Positions 26,301 through 36,769 of a DNA stretch of 64,000 nucleotides are shown in pieces. The translations under genes and the position numbers were made by a program. The stretch's first letter is position 1. The number at the start of each line of letters is the position of its first letter. This DNA is from Candidatus Aenigmatarchaeota archaeon. GTDB taxonomy: Archaea; Aenigmatarchaeota; Aenigmatarchaeia; GW2011-AR5. The DNA is taken from the NCBI GenBank assembly GCA_016184005.1, contig JACPDL010000003.1, forward strand, positions 380,974-444,973, given 5' to 3'. A model generated the notes under the pieces. It was not told the origin of the DNA and did no database searches. It saw only the letters and a list, made by a program, of their open reading frames with translations.

Positions 26301-28973
26301 CTACTCAGCCCATTTAAGATTATTATCTGTTTCTATTTTTCTTGTGAGTATGATTTTCCTTGCTTCAAGGGCTGCGAAAACCAGCAAAGAAACGGCAAGT
26401 ATGCCCGCCCACTCTTCCACTGTGATTGGCACTGTGTCGAATATCGGGTTCAGGAAAGGCACGTAAAGAACAGCAAGCTGCAGTGCAAAAGATACAAGAA
26501 CTGCAACAAGCAGCTTCTTGTTCGAGAATATTCCGATCTTGTGCAGCGGCATGTGGCTTCTGACGCTCAGCGCTATGAATAATTCTGTCAGTACAATTGT
26601 CGTGAATGCAACCGCGCGGGCTTTTTCAAGGCCTTCGGTAGAGAATTCTATGTAAAACTGCAGAAGGGTTGCAGCGGCCATGAGCAGGCTTGCGAAGATG
26701 ATGAGATTCATGGATTCCCTGTTCATGACTTTTTCCTTCGGGTTCCTTGGCTTTCTTTTCATCACGTCTCTTTCTATTGGTTCCACGCCCAAAGCCAGTG
26801 CCGGGAGCGTGTCTGTGACAAGATTCACCCATAATAATTGCAGCGGCAGCAGCGGCAGGACAAAAAGCCCTGCAGAATCCTTGAACAGGAGAATAGCCAG
26901 GAGCATTATCAAGACTTCCCCGATGTTTGCGGCGAGCAGATAATTTATGAACTTCTTTATGTTGTCAAATATGCCCCGCCCTTCTTCCACGGCAGCAACA
27001 ATGCTGGCAAAATTATCGTCTGTCAGAACCATGGAGCTTGCTTCCTTTGTAACGTCCGTGCCGGTTATGCCCATGGCTATCCCGATGTCTGCTTTCTTCA
27101 AGGCTGGGGCATCGTTAACCCCGTCGCCCGTCATTGCGACTATATGCCCTTTCTTCTTGAGTGCTTCTGTTATGCGCACCTTGTGTTCCGGCGAAACGCG
27201 CGCGTAAACAGCTATATCATTAACAATCTTGAGATACTCTGCATCGCTGAGCTTGTCAAGTTCGGAGCCTGTAAGAACTTTCCTGTCCTTCAGCATGTCA
27301 AGCTCGTTGGCAACTGCTATTGCTGTTTCTTTGTGGTCGCCTGTGATCATCAAGACCTTGATACCGGCCTGATCGCATTTTTCCAGCGCATCCTTGACCT
27401 CAGACCGTGGCGGATCTATCATTGCCTGCATCCCTGCGAAAATGAGGCCTTCCTCAACAACCTTCGTCCCTTCGCTGACTATTTTTGTGGCGAATCCAAG
27501 CACGCGGAGCGCCTGTTTTGCAAACTGCTCGTTGATACTTAATATGCGCTTCTTGTCTTCCTCGGTCAGCCTTTCAACCTTTCCACGATGGTAGAAACCA
27601 CTGCACCTCTTCAGAACTTCCTCAACGGCCCCTTTCGTGTACATGACCCTGCCACTGTCTGTGCTGCACACAACAGACATCATCTTCCTTTGGGAATCAA
27701 AAGGCGCTTCGGCAATCCGTTTGTTGGTCTCGCGCAAATCAGGAATCTTCGCTTTCCTGGCAGAAACGACAAGCGCAGCTTCTGTAGGATCGCCAATGAC
27801 TTCTTTCTCGATTTTTGCGTCATTGCATAATAAACCTATAGAAAGCAAGCGTTTCATGTCTTCATTGGCGCTTATTTCTTTTCCTGATTCAATGAATTTT
27901 CCTGATGGGTCATAACCCTGGCCAGTGACATCGAAAATCTCGTCATTTGCATATAGTTTTCTCACAGTCATCTGGTTCATTGTCAGTGTCCCTGTCTTGT
28001 CGCTTGCGATGACTGTTGTAGAGCCCAATGTCTCGACAGATGCCAGCTTGCGGACAATGACGTTCCGCTTTGCCATCCGCAAAAGTCCTATTGCCAGTGT
28101 TATTGTCACTACGGCCGGCAGGCCTTCGGGTATTGCTGCAACGGCAAGGGATACAGCAGTAAGAAACATGTCGACAATATCCTTTCCCTGCCAGATGCCG
28201 AGGGCAAAGATTATTACGCATATCCCGAGTATGATTAAACTCAGCTGCTTCCCAAAAACTTCAAGCTTCTGCTTCAGAGGCGTTTTTGCCTGGTCTTCCT
28301 GCTGGAGGATGCTCGCAATCTTCCCGAATTCCGTGAGCATCCCGGTTTCAACCGCAACGGCTATGCAGCGGCCATACACGATTGCCGTCCCGGAAAAAAG
28401 CATGTTACGCCTTTCAGCAACGGGTGCGTCAGTCTTAATAGTATCGATATTCTTCGATACAGGAACGCTTTCGCCTGTAAGAACAGATTCATCAACCTTC
28501 AAATTGAATTCTTCAATTACACGGCAGTCAGCAGGAACCTTGTCGCCAACATTCAGAATTATGATGTCTCCGGGCACAAGTTCTTTCGAATCGATAATTT
28601 CTGTCTTGCCGTCGCGGAAAACCTGGGCTTTCTGTGAAGAAAGTTTCTTCAAAGCTTCCAGGGCATTCTCGGCGCGGCGCTCCTGAACGAAGCCGAATAT
28701 TGCATTGAGGACGATGACGATGAGTATAACGAAAGCATCGAGAAATTCACGAAGCACTGCTGAAATAATTGCAGCTGCTATAAGGATTATGACTAGAATG
28801 TCCCTGAACTGATTGAGAAAAAGCACCCATGAAGGCGTCTTTTTTGCTTCCTGCAGCTCATTCAACCCGTATTTCTGCAGCCTTGATGCGGCTTCGGTTG
28901 CCCTTAATCCTTTTGCATTCGTTTCAAGGGCCTTCAAAGCATCTGCTGCGCTCATCTTATACCATTCGCGCAT
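26301..28973 (-). CDS. Cation-transporting P-type ATPase (type II, Ca2+/Mg2+-ATPase-like).
   Basis: 890 aa. The phosphorylation motif DKTGTLT is present, as are TGES and the hinge MTGDGVNDAPALKKADIGIAMG. About 10 TM helices are predicted. It ends TAG. Confidence 0.85.
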   Translation of the reverse strand: MREWYKMSAADALKALETNAKGLRATEAASRLQKYGLNELQEAKKTPSWVLFLNQFRDILVIILIAAAIISAVLREFLDAFVILIVIVLNAIFGFVQERRAENALEALKKLSSQKAQVFRDGKTEIIDSKELVPGDIIILNVGDKVPADCRVIEEFNLKVDESVLTGESVPVSKNIDTIKTDAPVAERRNMLFSGTAIVYGRCIAVAVETGMLTEFGKIASILQQEDQAKTPLKQKLEVFGKQLSLIILGICVIIFALGIWQGKDIVDMFLTAVSLAVAAIPEGLPAVVTITLAIGLLRMAKRNVIVRKLASVETLGSTTVIASDKTGTLTMNQMTVRKLYANDEIFDVTGQGYDPSGKFIESGKEISANEDMKRLLSIGLLCNDAKIEKEVIGDPTEAALVVSARKAKIPDLRETNKRIAEAPFDSQRKMMSVVCSTDSGRVMYTKGAVEEVLKRCSGFYHRGKVERLTEEDKKRILSINEQFAKQALRVLGFATKIVSEGTKVVEEGLIFAGMQAMIDPPRSEVKDALEKCDQAGIKVLMITGDHKETAIAVANELDMLKDRKVLTGSELDKLSDAEYLKIVNDIAVYARVSPEHKVRITEALKKKGHIVAMTGDGVNDAPALKKADIGIAMGITGTDVTKEASSMVLTDDNFASIVAAVEEGRGIFDNIKKFINYLLAANIGEVLIMLLAILLFKDSAGLFVLPLLPLQLLWVNLVTDTLPALALGVEPIERDVMKRKPRNPKEKVMNRESMNLIIFASLLMAAATLLQFYIEFSTEGLEKARAVAFTTIVLTELFIALSVRSHMPLHKIGIFSNKKLLVAVLVSFALQLAVLYVPFLNPIFDTVPITVEEWAGILAVSLLVFAALEARKIILTRKIETDNNLKWAE

Positions 28974-29120
28974 TTTTGCACCTAGGCTAAACTATGGGGA
29001 GGGAAAGGATAAAAACAGGGATAAGTGTCAAGAAGAAGCTAATCGGTTATAGTTATTGTATTATCAGTTTCATTTGATTCACTTCATTTCTTCAACTCAA
29101 TTAGCCCATTAATACACAAT

Positions 29121-29585
29121 CTAATAACCTACTAATCCTTTTGTATCGTCCGATATCTTTACTTTGTCGATATACCATTTTTTACTCAAAGTTTCAATAA
29201 CATATTCTGTTAAGTTGCCCAGTTGGTCACTTGAAAGTCTACTATCGTACAGTAACATAATAATCGCATAATTTGTTGCATGTACCCAATAAGTAGCTCT
29301 AACTTCATAAAGTCCCTTTTCCTTGTCAACAAGTCTGTTAAGATCTTCGTAGAAATACTTCTGAAACTCAGAATTCTCAATAAAATTTGTATCGGGTGAT
29401 CTGTTAAGTACAGTGACAGCTATTACATTACCATATTGTTTACCATTAAATGATATTAATAATTCTCGAGATTCTGATAATGTAATGTTTTCTGATTGTG
29501 ACGAAACTTGATAATTAATTCCAAGAATTACGGGTATTAACATAATTACTCCTATAACATAAACCCAATATTTCTTAATTTTCAT
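29121..29585 (-). CDS. Small N-terminally anchored membrane protein, paralogous to the 29851..30255 gene.
   Basis: 154 aa. The N-terminal TM segment is MKIKKYWVYVIGVIMLIPVILG, which matches MKLKKGYWVYVGVLFVLLLSFIG in the paralog. AT-rich. Confidence 0.4.
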   Translation of the reverse strand: MKIKKYWVYVIGVIMLIPVILGINYQVSSQSENITLSESRELLISFNGKQYGNVIAVTVLNRSPDTNFIENSEFQKYFYEDLNRLVDKEKGLYEVRATYWVHATNYAIIMLLYDSRLSSDQLGNLTEYVIETLSKKWYIDKVKISDDTKGLVGY

Positions 29586-29854
29586 TCTATCACCTTTTGT
29601 ACAGCTTCGAACTCGTTGTTCGGTATTGTTAATAAGAAGTCCGAAAGTTGCTTTGTTCCTGCCGTCACTCTATATTTCAAATAATTATCAGAGTAATTAT
29701 TTGCAAATGTATGTTTAAGCACTATCGTTACATATACTTCCGAATTATTGTTAAGTTTTTCTAATATCTTGGAATCAATCTCAGGAATAGCAGTTACAAT
29801 ATTGGAGAGCATTGATATACAAATTAAACTAAGTAGTATAGATATACTTCTCAT
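29582..29854 (-). CDS. Small secreted or membrane protein, the middle gene of a three-gene operon.
   Basis: 90 aa with an N-terminal hydrophobic segment. Its stop and start overlap the neighbouring genes (ATGA). Confidence 0.35.
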   Translation of the reverse strand: MRSISILLSLICISMLSNIVTAIPEIDSKILEKLNNNSEVYVTIVLKHTFANNYSDNYLKYRVTAGTKQLSDFLLTIPNNEFEAVQKVIE

Positions 29855-30255
29855 AACAACACACCTTTACCAGGTATGTGAGCACCAAGCGTGTACCATC
29901 TTGATTTCAAGATTTCAATCAGTTCTTTTATTAGTTGGTCACTGGAACCAGAATATTCTACATCCAATACAACCCATCCATTACTTAATGTTCCCCACTG
30001 AAAAATCCCAATTTCTTTCAACATTGAGTGCTTGATTGATTTTATGTCCCGAGAAAAGTACTCTTGAAATTTTAGATTAGTTGCGGACGCCACCATATCA
30101 TCCTGAGTCATTCCATTGAAAGTAACTGTAATTCTTTGGACTTGTGTGATACTTTGAAACTTATTACTAGAAGGGGTCAAATAAAATCCTATAAAACTCA
30201 ACAACAAAACAAATAATACTCCAACATAAACCCAGTATCCTTTCTTCAGTTTCAT
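29851..30255 (-). CDS. Small N-terminally anchored membrane protein, paralogous to the 29121..29585 gene.
   Basis: 134 aa. It shares the N-terminal pattern and a W-Y motif with the 29121 gene. Confidence 0.4.
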   Translation of the reverse strand: MKLKKGYWVYVGVLFVLLLSFIGFYLTPSSNKFQSITQVQRITVTFNGMTQDDMVASATNLKFQEYFSRDIKSIKHSMLKEIGIFQWGTLSNGWVVLDVEYSGSSDQLIKELIEILKSRWYTLGAHIPGKGVLL

Positions 30256-30336
30256 CTTCTCACCTTAATAATCAGTCATGACGCTTCTGTAAGCATCTAT
30301 GCGCGGAAAGGTAAGCTTGGTCGTACTTAAGGTATC

Positions 30337-31257
30337 TTACAGAACGACTTTCATGAAGTCCTTCGCAATTCTTACGTTCTTTCTGTCCGCTATCTTTTCC
30401 TTCAGCTCGCTCGTGTCCTGATAGCGCCTGCTTATGTGCGTAAGAATAACTTCCTTGACATTCGCTTCTTCAGCAATCTTCAGGACATCCGCAAAATTGG
30501 CGTGTTTGTAGCCTTCATCTTCGCTGAAGTCCTCGCTGAAGAACGTCGAGTCGTGTATGAGCAGATCGGCGCCTTCCGCAAGCTTTATCATATTCTTTGT
30601 CGGGAGCGTGTCGCCGGAGTACACGACTTTTTTTCCTTTCTCAACAGCTGATATCTCTTCAAGCAGTATTTTTCTGCCGCGAAAAGTAAGATGGCCTTTT
30701 TCCTTTGCATCCTTGTAGATCTTTCCGCGCGGGGGCAATCCAAGATTGGTAATTTTGTCTTTGTCTATCTTTACACGGTCTTTTTCGACAAAGGCAAAAG
30801 CAGCGGCTGGTATCGAGTGCTTTGCAGGAATAGATTGCACAATGAATTCATTTTCCTCGAGCAACGTGGAGATTTCCTTGGATTCGAAATCCACATCATG
30901 CGTGTGCACATGATAGTTAAGCCTGGAGTATCCGAGGCTTCGCAGGATGTTGACGAATTTCGTGGCTTCCGGGCCAAAAATGTTTAATGGTTTTTCACGA
31001 TGCTCAAGATTCATCGTCTGCATGAGCCCGAGCAATCCCGCAAAATGATCTGCATGCCAATGAGATATGAATATGTCGCTTATGCGCATGAAGTTCAGGC
31101 CTGCGCTGAATATCTGCCGCTGCGTTCCTTCACCGCAGTCGAACAAATAGAAGAATTCGTTCTCGCTCTGGTAGCGCAGGTAAACAGACGCATGATTCCT
31201 GTATTTCGTGGGCACGCCTGCCGTTGTGCCAAGAAACGTGATCTCTATTTGTGTCAT
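30337..31257 (-). CDS. rnz: Ribonuclease Z (tRNA 3'-processing endonuclease, metallo-beta-lactamase fold).
   Basis: 306 aa. The HxHxDH motif is ISHWHADH. The length and layout are typical of short-form tRNase Z. Confidence 0.8.
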   Translation of the reverse strand: MTQIEITFLGTTAGVPTKYRNHASVYLRYQSENEFFYLFDCGEGTQRQIFSAGLNFMRISDIFISHWHADHFAGLLGLMQTMNLEHREKPLNIFGPEATKFVNILRSLGYSRLNYHVHTHDVDFESKEISTLLEENEFIVQSIPAKHSIPAAAFAFVEKDRVKIDKDKITNLGLPPRGKIYKDAKEKGHLTFRGRKILLEEISAVEKGKKVVYSGDTLPTKNMIKLAEGADLLIHDSTFFSEDFSEDEGYKHANFADVLKIAEEANVKEVILTHISRRYQDTSELKEKIADRKNVRIAKDFMKVVL

Positions 31258-31361
31258 GAGAAATACATCCTTGATTATGTTTTAATAACTTCAAAGAATC
31301 TGAAAGCATGAAAAATACGTTTGTGTAAATCTTGGGAGAAGCTGCGCTTTTTGGGAATATT

Positions 31362-31712
31362 TTATTTTTTCAAGAGCTCAACAAAGTCTCTGATGTTCTG
31401 CTGAACCTCTTCCTCTGTGACTTCAGCTGAGCAGCCGCATTGCTCTAAACACTGATAGGGCTTTTCTTCTACCTGGTCGCCAAGAACATACTTGCAGGAA
31501 CTATAAAATTTCTGGTAATTGTCTTTCAGCTCAGCGCTTGTATCATAGCCGCATCTGAGAAGCCTGCATGTGGATGCAAAGTATGTCTGGGCTTCAGCGT
31601 CAGAGCCGAATTGGGTTACTGACGACGAGAAAAAGAAAGAAACAGAAACAAGCAGCATAACGCCTACTAAAGCTACAACAATGAAATTAAACGGCAGGTC
31701 TATGCCTTTCAT
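31362..31712 (-). CDS. Small Cys-rich membrane protein (P2), paralogous to the 9256..9687 gene.
   Basis: 116 aa. N-terminal TM helix. The motif NYQKFYSSCKYVLGD matches its paralog. Its start ATG overlaps the stop of the upstream giant gene (ATGA). Confidence 0.5.
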   Translation of the reverse strand: MKGIDLPFNFIVVALVGVMLLVSVSFFFSSSVTQFGSDAEAQTYFASTCRLLRCGYDTSAELKDNYQKFYSSCKYVLGDQVEEKPYQCLEQCGCSAEVTEEEVQQNIRDFVELLKK

Positions 31713-34700
31713 GATTCAACCCTCACGCGTGCGCGGAAATATATGTACAAACCGGCAGGCACTCCAACAAGTACGGCAAGAAAGAGTATTACATTAAGCG
31801 GTAAAGGTATTGGATTCAGGGACGGCGGAGGGTTCGGGACCGGTTCAAGCCCGACTGATGACGCCACGCATTTATTTTCATCCGAGCATACCTGCCCGGA
31901 AGCGCACTGTACGTCGATGGTGCATTCTATTGCCGCACACTGATAATTTATGCACTTCGTGCCGAGCGAGCATGCCTGGCAGGAACTGCCGCCGCAGAAG
32001 CACCTGATATCTGTTCCAGGACAGTTTGTACTAACAGAACATTCAGGAACAGGCGCTTCAGAGACTACGAATGCTTCATTTACAACCCTGCTCGATTCGA
32101 TAAATGGGACATCAGCTGCGTTATAAACACTGCAGGATCTTACAGTCCATGTACCGGCTGTTCTTGTTTCAACAGTAGCGAAGAATGTCCTGGTTTCCTG
32201 AGCCAGCAGGCTTTGCGGCTCGGATGCCCCGTAGAACATATCGCCGCGCGGATTAGAGAATGTGCAATTGATATAGGCGCTTTGATCCTTTGTGTCCGTG
32301 TTCCTCACGTCGGCCTGGAGTATTGCTTCCTCGCCCGCAACTATGTCAGCAGGCTTGTTTATCGAGACGAACGAAAGAACAGGGCCGCGTATCTGCAAGA
32401 TTCCCAATGAAAGAAGATCAGACAGAACAGGCGAAGAGCACTGGTTGTTTGTTGATGAGAGCACGGAGCAGGTAACATTAGCTGATCTTGGTGTTTGCGT
32501 GTCTATAGGAACGGAAAATCCTTTTGTCCTGTTCGCTGATATGAACTGGCAGGAAGATGCTCGCACCGTCGTAGTTGAATTTCCTCTGAACTCGCACTCT
32601 ACACGTGCATATATATCCCTGCCCCTGTTGTTGACATTAACGACGAAAGAAGAATTGCTGCCCACTATTATGTCTACTGGCATCTGCGTGCTGTTTATCG
32701 AGACAGCCGAGACAACTGGCGTGAAAATAAGCTCAAGCACGCGTCCCTTGATTTCCCTGCCCCTTGTAATTATTTCATTCGCCTTGCTGACAGACAGCGA
32801 TCGCATGCTGTCATTTACATAATTCAGATAGTCCCTGATCACTGAAAGGCCTATCACCACCCTCTGGCGCAGGTTATCATATTCCAGTTTCTTTTCCCCC
32901 TCGCTGCGCTCGATAAGGTATATCAGCTGCTGCCTGATTACTTCGCCCTTTATTGCAAGCTCCCTGAATTCCGCAGTGAGGTTATCGATCTCGCCGAGGC
33001 GGAAGCTTGGGCATGCGAAATCCCTGCCGTTGCTTACTATCACCTTCTCTTCGAAGGCCGAGAAGCCTTTGACAACGAGATAGAACGTGCTGTTCAAATC
33101 ATTGCATTTCAGGTCGCATGAAAGTGACGACAGCGAGCCGCACAGGCAAGGCTTGTCAAGCCCGCAATTCTGGCTGCCTACGCTGTAAGAATCCTTGCAA
33201 TCGGCAATCCTTGTGTTGCCGTTGCATGCTATGAAAGTAGGGAATGTTATGGCTGACAACATGCTTCCGGAGAAGTTCACTCCCGTATCTGTCTGGTCGT
33301 ATCTCACTGTGCCGAAGCTTGTGAAGTCATACCTGTTTCCCGAAAGGTCTATGCTGAACGATCTCTCAGCTGTGCCAATTGGTCCTGTAGAACCAACTGC
33401 GCGCGCTTCTATTTTGCACGTGTTCGCACCCTCAGTCCTGCAGTCCATTGACGGTCCTACGCTGATTGTTACTGCGCCGTTGCACGATCTGTTTTTGAGC
33501 ATTACAGTCTCCGTTACGCCGCTGATGATGCGATAGTCGCACCTGTCTATGCCGTATTTGAATGAATCGCCTATCGTGACGGTGAAGTTGCTTACCTGCC
33601 AGATGCCTGGCTGCGGAGACAAGATTGAAACTGCGGGCTGCGCCATGTCTATTACATATTCACCTCTTGCCGGAGCGCCGTCTCTTGAGAGCACATCTAT
33701 GGCGCGCGCTTCTACGACACATGATCCTGTGTTGCAGACACTTGGCACAGGAATGATGACTTCCATATTGCAGTCGCGGAATGACCAGTTTCTTTTTACC
33801 TCGCCGTTGCTAATGACGCGGTAATCGCATGTAAGCAGATTTCCTGTATCGTTTATACTGACTGAAAAGTTCGCCCCTCTCAGGCTGCCGTTAGCAGGCG
33901 AGATTATCTGTGTAGATGGCAGATTGATGCCTGCGACATTGAATTCAACCGGCTCTGAAAATCCTTCGTTGTTTGCCAAATCTTTCGCGACTGCACAAAC
34001 AAAAGCGCGGCGTGTTACATTTCTTGGAGCTCCTGTGTCATACAGCGAGTAGTTTTGCGGGCAATCAGCGGTCTCTGAGAGCACGACTCTTATTGATTCG
34101 TTTCTGCATCCTACATTGTCTGTACACAAAACAGTTGCAATCGCACTTTCCTGCGGTTGTGCCGGAGCGCCTTCTACTATAACGGTTGGTACAGTGTTGT
34201 CGCTGGTTACTGTTAATGGGAAGACGCCGATTGTGCTGTTAACTGGTACATCTTCTCTTAGGGTGCACGAGATTGATTTTGCTCCGTTGTCTGTCCATGT
34301 GCTGTTGAAAGAGCATGAAGGATTGCTTCTCCTGAAGCCGCTGTTGCAAAGCACAGAACTTTCTGATGTACATTCAAGTGAAATGTTTTTCTGCGCAATT
34401 GCTGTGCTGCTGAATAATATTTCTGTTCCTGTTTTTACAACGTTTGGTGAAACACGCACTGAGGCTGTGCCATTGCATGGTCCGCTAACTGAAACATTCT
34501 CGGTTCTTCTGTCCCTGACAACAAACTGGCAGGCAGCGCTGCTGCATCCATAATCCCTTTGCTCCTGCTCGATACGAACTGACAATTCATTGCTGTCGCA
34601 TGTAACAACTGTTGTTGTCGTGTTGTACCAGCCGTCTTTCGAATTGCAGCTCTCGCAGGTTCTGGTGCCGCAGCTTGTGTCTGTGTTGGAGCAGAAACTG

Positions 34701-36463
34701 AAGACGCTTCCTGCAACGCAGTACTGCGTTTCTGCATTGATCTTCCTGTTGCGCAGCTCAAATATTGCTGAAACCCCTCTGCTGTAGTCTCCATGATCTC
34801 TGGCAATGAGATTTATGAAATTGCTGTCGTTGTGAACTATAAAGCCTGTGATGTCGCTGTTTAGGGTTTGTGATGTCCTGCAGCTGGCGGTTTTTCCGGG
34901 GTTGCTGTAATCCGTGCAGACATGCGGGCAGCTGCTTGCGTCTTCTGCAATTGTTTCTGTCTGAAGGGTATTGCGCAGGATTACGCCGCCGGTATCATCT
35001 GTTGCAAATTCCTTTAGTGCAGCCTGATATGTGCACTGGCTGACAGGCAGCGTGTCCATGGCGCTGCATGCGGTGCCGTTGTCGACGCAGTTCTTTGCGC
35101 CAAAGGGCCCGCCTTCAGCAATCACAACATCCCCGCCGCAGCCGCTGCAGGCATCAGACCTGACACAGTTTGCTTTCCAGATCTTGTACGTGTATTTGTC
35201 GGTGGTCGGCAAGCTGAAGGTTTCGGACGCCGGACCGCTGAAACATACGTTTGGTGGGTAATCAAGTCTTGTACCGGCGGAATCGTAGACCTTGACATGG
35301 TTCACAGATCCTCCGCCGCCTGTTGCTGTCCACTTTATGGTCGCCTTAAGTGTGGGGCCGTCAGTGTATTCGACGCATACCTCCGAATCTCCGGTGCCTT
35401 TTTTGCACCCTACCTCCACGCCCGGGATCGGATACGAGTCGCACGCGGTCATGTTCACGGTAAGGATGACGTCAGTCGCAGTCTCGTTTGTCGTTACGGT
35501 TTTCTTCACCGTCTCGTTGACAGCGTCGCTTCCGGGGGGATTTTTTATGCAGGCAGCCAGCTCCTCTGTCTGCGTCCATCCGCATTGTCCGCTTGCCTGC
35601 CTTTCACACATGCCAAACTCCTTGTAGCATGCGTATTCAGGTTTGGATTCGCATGTCGTGGCTATACTGTCTATGAAAGAAGCCTCCCCGCACAGCTCGC
35701 CTGAGCATCCGCCGATCTTGCAGCCTGAAGGGGTGCTTACCGACCAGTAAACGATCACGCGGCCGGCTGCGCCGAAGCCGCCATGATATCCGGTGTCGCC
35801 GCCGCCACCGCCTCCGGGTGTCCCGCCTGCTCTGCCTGCAAAGCCGCCGAAGCCGCCGTTCGGGGAGGAGCCGCCTTGTCCGCCAACATCCCGTCCGTTC
35901 TGCCCGGCTCCGCCGGTGATGCTTAGCGTCCCGTTGCTTGTGCCGCCGGCTCCGCCTATGCTGCCGCCTCCGCCAACAGCAGCACTTGTTGGCAAGCCTC
36001 CCATCCTGCCGCCTGAAGCGTAGATGAGACCTCCGAAGCTGCTGTTGTAACCATGATAATAACCGTCATAAGTCCCGTTCTTGCCTACTATAACCGTGTA
36101 AGCGGTGCCCGGCCTGACAGTGTATATGCCTTTTCCATAGCCTCCTCCTCCGCCTCCGCCGCCTGCACACGGAACATACGTGTATGTACCCGGAGAAAAT
36201 TCGGTTGGAGCAATAATTTCTACATTTCCGCAAAGCGTCCCTACTGCTCCGGGCCCTCCCATTCCGCCCGCGCCCCAGATTTCGATCATGACGCTTGTTA
36301 CATTCGGCGGGGCAGTCCATGAAAAGGTGCCCGGGGTGTCGAAGACCTTCATGTTTGTGTATCCGCCCCCGGCCTGCGCAAAGCTTATGCTGGATGCCGT
36401 AAGAAACAATCCGGAAATGGCAAGAATCGTGAAAAACAGGGCTGTGCGGAATGCTTTGCGCAT
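31709..36463 (-). CDS. Giant Cys-rich surface protein (B2) with a Gly-rich N-terminal region and a C-terminal TM anchor.
   Basis: 1584 aa. It has a signal peptide and poly-Gly stretches. The shared domain ADCKDSYSVGSQNCGLDKPCLCGSLSSLSCDLKCNDLNSTFYLV...FACPSF aligns with B1. The C-terminus is PLPLNVILFLAVLVGVPAGLYIYFRAR. Confidence 0.6.
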   Translation of the reverse strand: MRKAFRTALFFTILAISGLFLTASSISFAQAGGGYTNMKVFDTPGTFSWTAPPNVTSVMIEIWGAGGMGGPGAVGTLCGNVEIIAPTEFSPGTYTYVPCAGGGGGGGGYGKGIYTVRPGTAYTVIVGKNGTYDGYYHGYNSSFGGLIYASGGRMGGLPTSAAVGGGGSIGGAGGTSNGTLSITGGAGQNGRDVGGQGGSSPNGGFGGFAGRAGGTPGGGGGGDTGYHGGFGAAGRVIVYWSVSTPSGCKIGGCSGELCGEASFIDSIATTCESKPEYACYKEFGMCERQASGQCGWTQTEELAACIKNPPGSDAVNETVKKTVTTNETATDVILTVNMTACDSYPIPGVEVGCKKGTGDSEVCVEYTDGPTLKATIKWTATGGGGSVNHVKVYDSAGTRLDYPPNVCFSGPASETFSLPTTDKYTYKIWKANCVRSDACSGCGGDVVIAEGGPFGAKNCVDNGTACSAMDTLPVSQCTYQAALKEFATDDTGGVILRNTLQTETIAEDASSCPHVCTDYSNPGKTASCRTSQTLNSDITGFIVHNDSNFINLIARDHGDYSRGVSAIFELRNRKINAETQYCVAGSVFSFCSNTDTSCGTRTCESCNSKDGWYNTTTTVVTCDSNELSVRIEQEQRDYGCSSAACQFVVRDRRTENVSVSGPCNGTASVRVSPNVVKTGTEILFSSTAIAQKNISLECTSESSVLCNSGFRRSNPSCSFNSTWTDNGAKSISCTLREDVPVNSTIGVFPLTVTSDNTVPTVIVEGAPAQPQESAIATVLCTDNVGCRNESIRVVLSETADCPQNYSLYDTGAPRNVTRRAFVCAVAKDLANNEGFSEPVEFNVAGINLPSTQIISPANGSLRGANFSVSINDTGNLLTCDYRVISNGEVKRNWSFRDCNMEVIIPVPSVCNTGSCVVEARAIDVLSRDGAPARGEYVIDMAQPAVSILSPQPGIWQVSNFTVTIGDSFKYGIDRCDYRIISGVTETVMLKNRSCNGAVTISVGPSMDCRTEGANTCKIEARAVGSTGPIGTAERSFSIDLSGNRYDFTSFGTVRYDQTDTGVNFSGSMLSAITFPTFIACNGNTRIADCKDSYSVGSQNCGLDKPCLCGSLSSLSCDLKCNDLNSTFYLVVKGFSAFEEKVIVSNGRDFACPSFRLGEIDNLTAEFRELAIKGEVIRQQLIYLIERSEGEKKLEYDNLRQRVVIGLSVIRDYLNYVNDSMRSLSVSKANEIITRGREIKGRVLELIFTPVVSAVSINSTQMPVDIIVGSNSSFVVNVNNRGRDIYARVECEFRGNSTTTVRASSCQFISANRTKGFSVPIDTQTPRSANVTCSVLSSTNNQCSSPVLSDLLSLGILQIRGPVLSFVSINKPADIVAGEEAILQADVRNTDTKDQSAYINCTFSNPRGDMFYGASEPQSLLAQETRTFFATVETRTAGTWTVRSCSVYNAADVPFIESSRVVNEAFVVSEAPVPECSVSTNCPGTDIRCFCGGSSCQACSLGTKCINYQCAAIECTIDVQCASGQVCSDENKCVASSVGLEPVPNPPPSLNPIPLPLNVILFLAVLVGVPAGLYIYFRARVRVES

Positions 36464-36494
36464 TTTATTAATTTGTCAAAGGCGGTATATATAA

Positions 36495-36722
36495 TTATTT
36501 TTGTTGCCGCGCCTCGATGAATGCCAGAACCAGGCCAATGATTATCAATGTCAACCCTGTGAATACCGTTTCGCCCTGCATAAGATACGTCGAAACGCCA
36601 ACGCCGAAAACAATTCCTGCCGTGAAGAGAAGAACCTTTTCCTCATCATGGGTGTTGAGATAAAGATCTCTGGTTATCAAACCTTTGTTGTTTTTCCTCG
36701 TTGCTTTTCTTCTTGCAGCCAT
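36495..36722 (-). CDS. Small membrane protein.
   Basis: 75 aa, two TM helices, basic N-terminus. Confidence 0.3.
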   Translation of the reverse strand: MAARRKATRKNNKGLITRDLYLNTHDEEKVLLFTAGIVFGVGVSTYLMQGETVFTGLTLIIIGLVLAFIEARQQK

Positions 36723-36769
36723 CTAACTCACCGTAATTATTTTGTAATGCGTGGTATATAAAGATTAAG

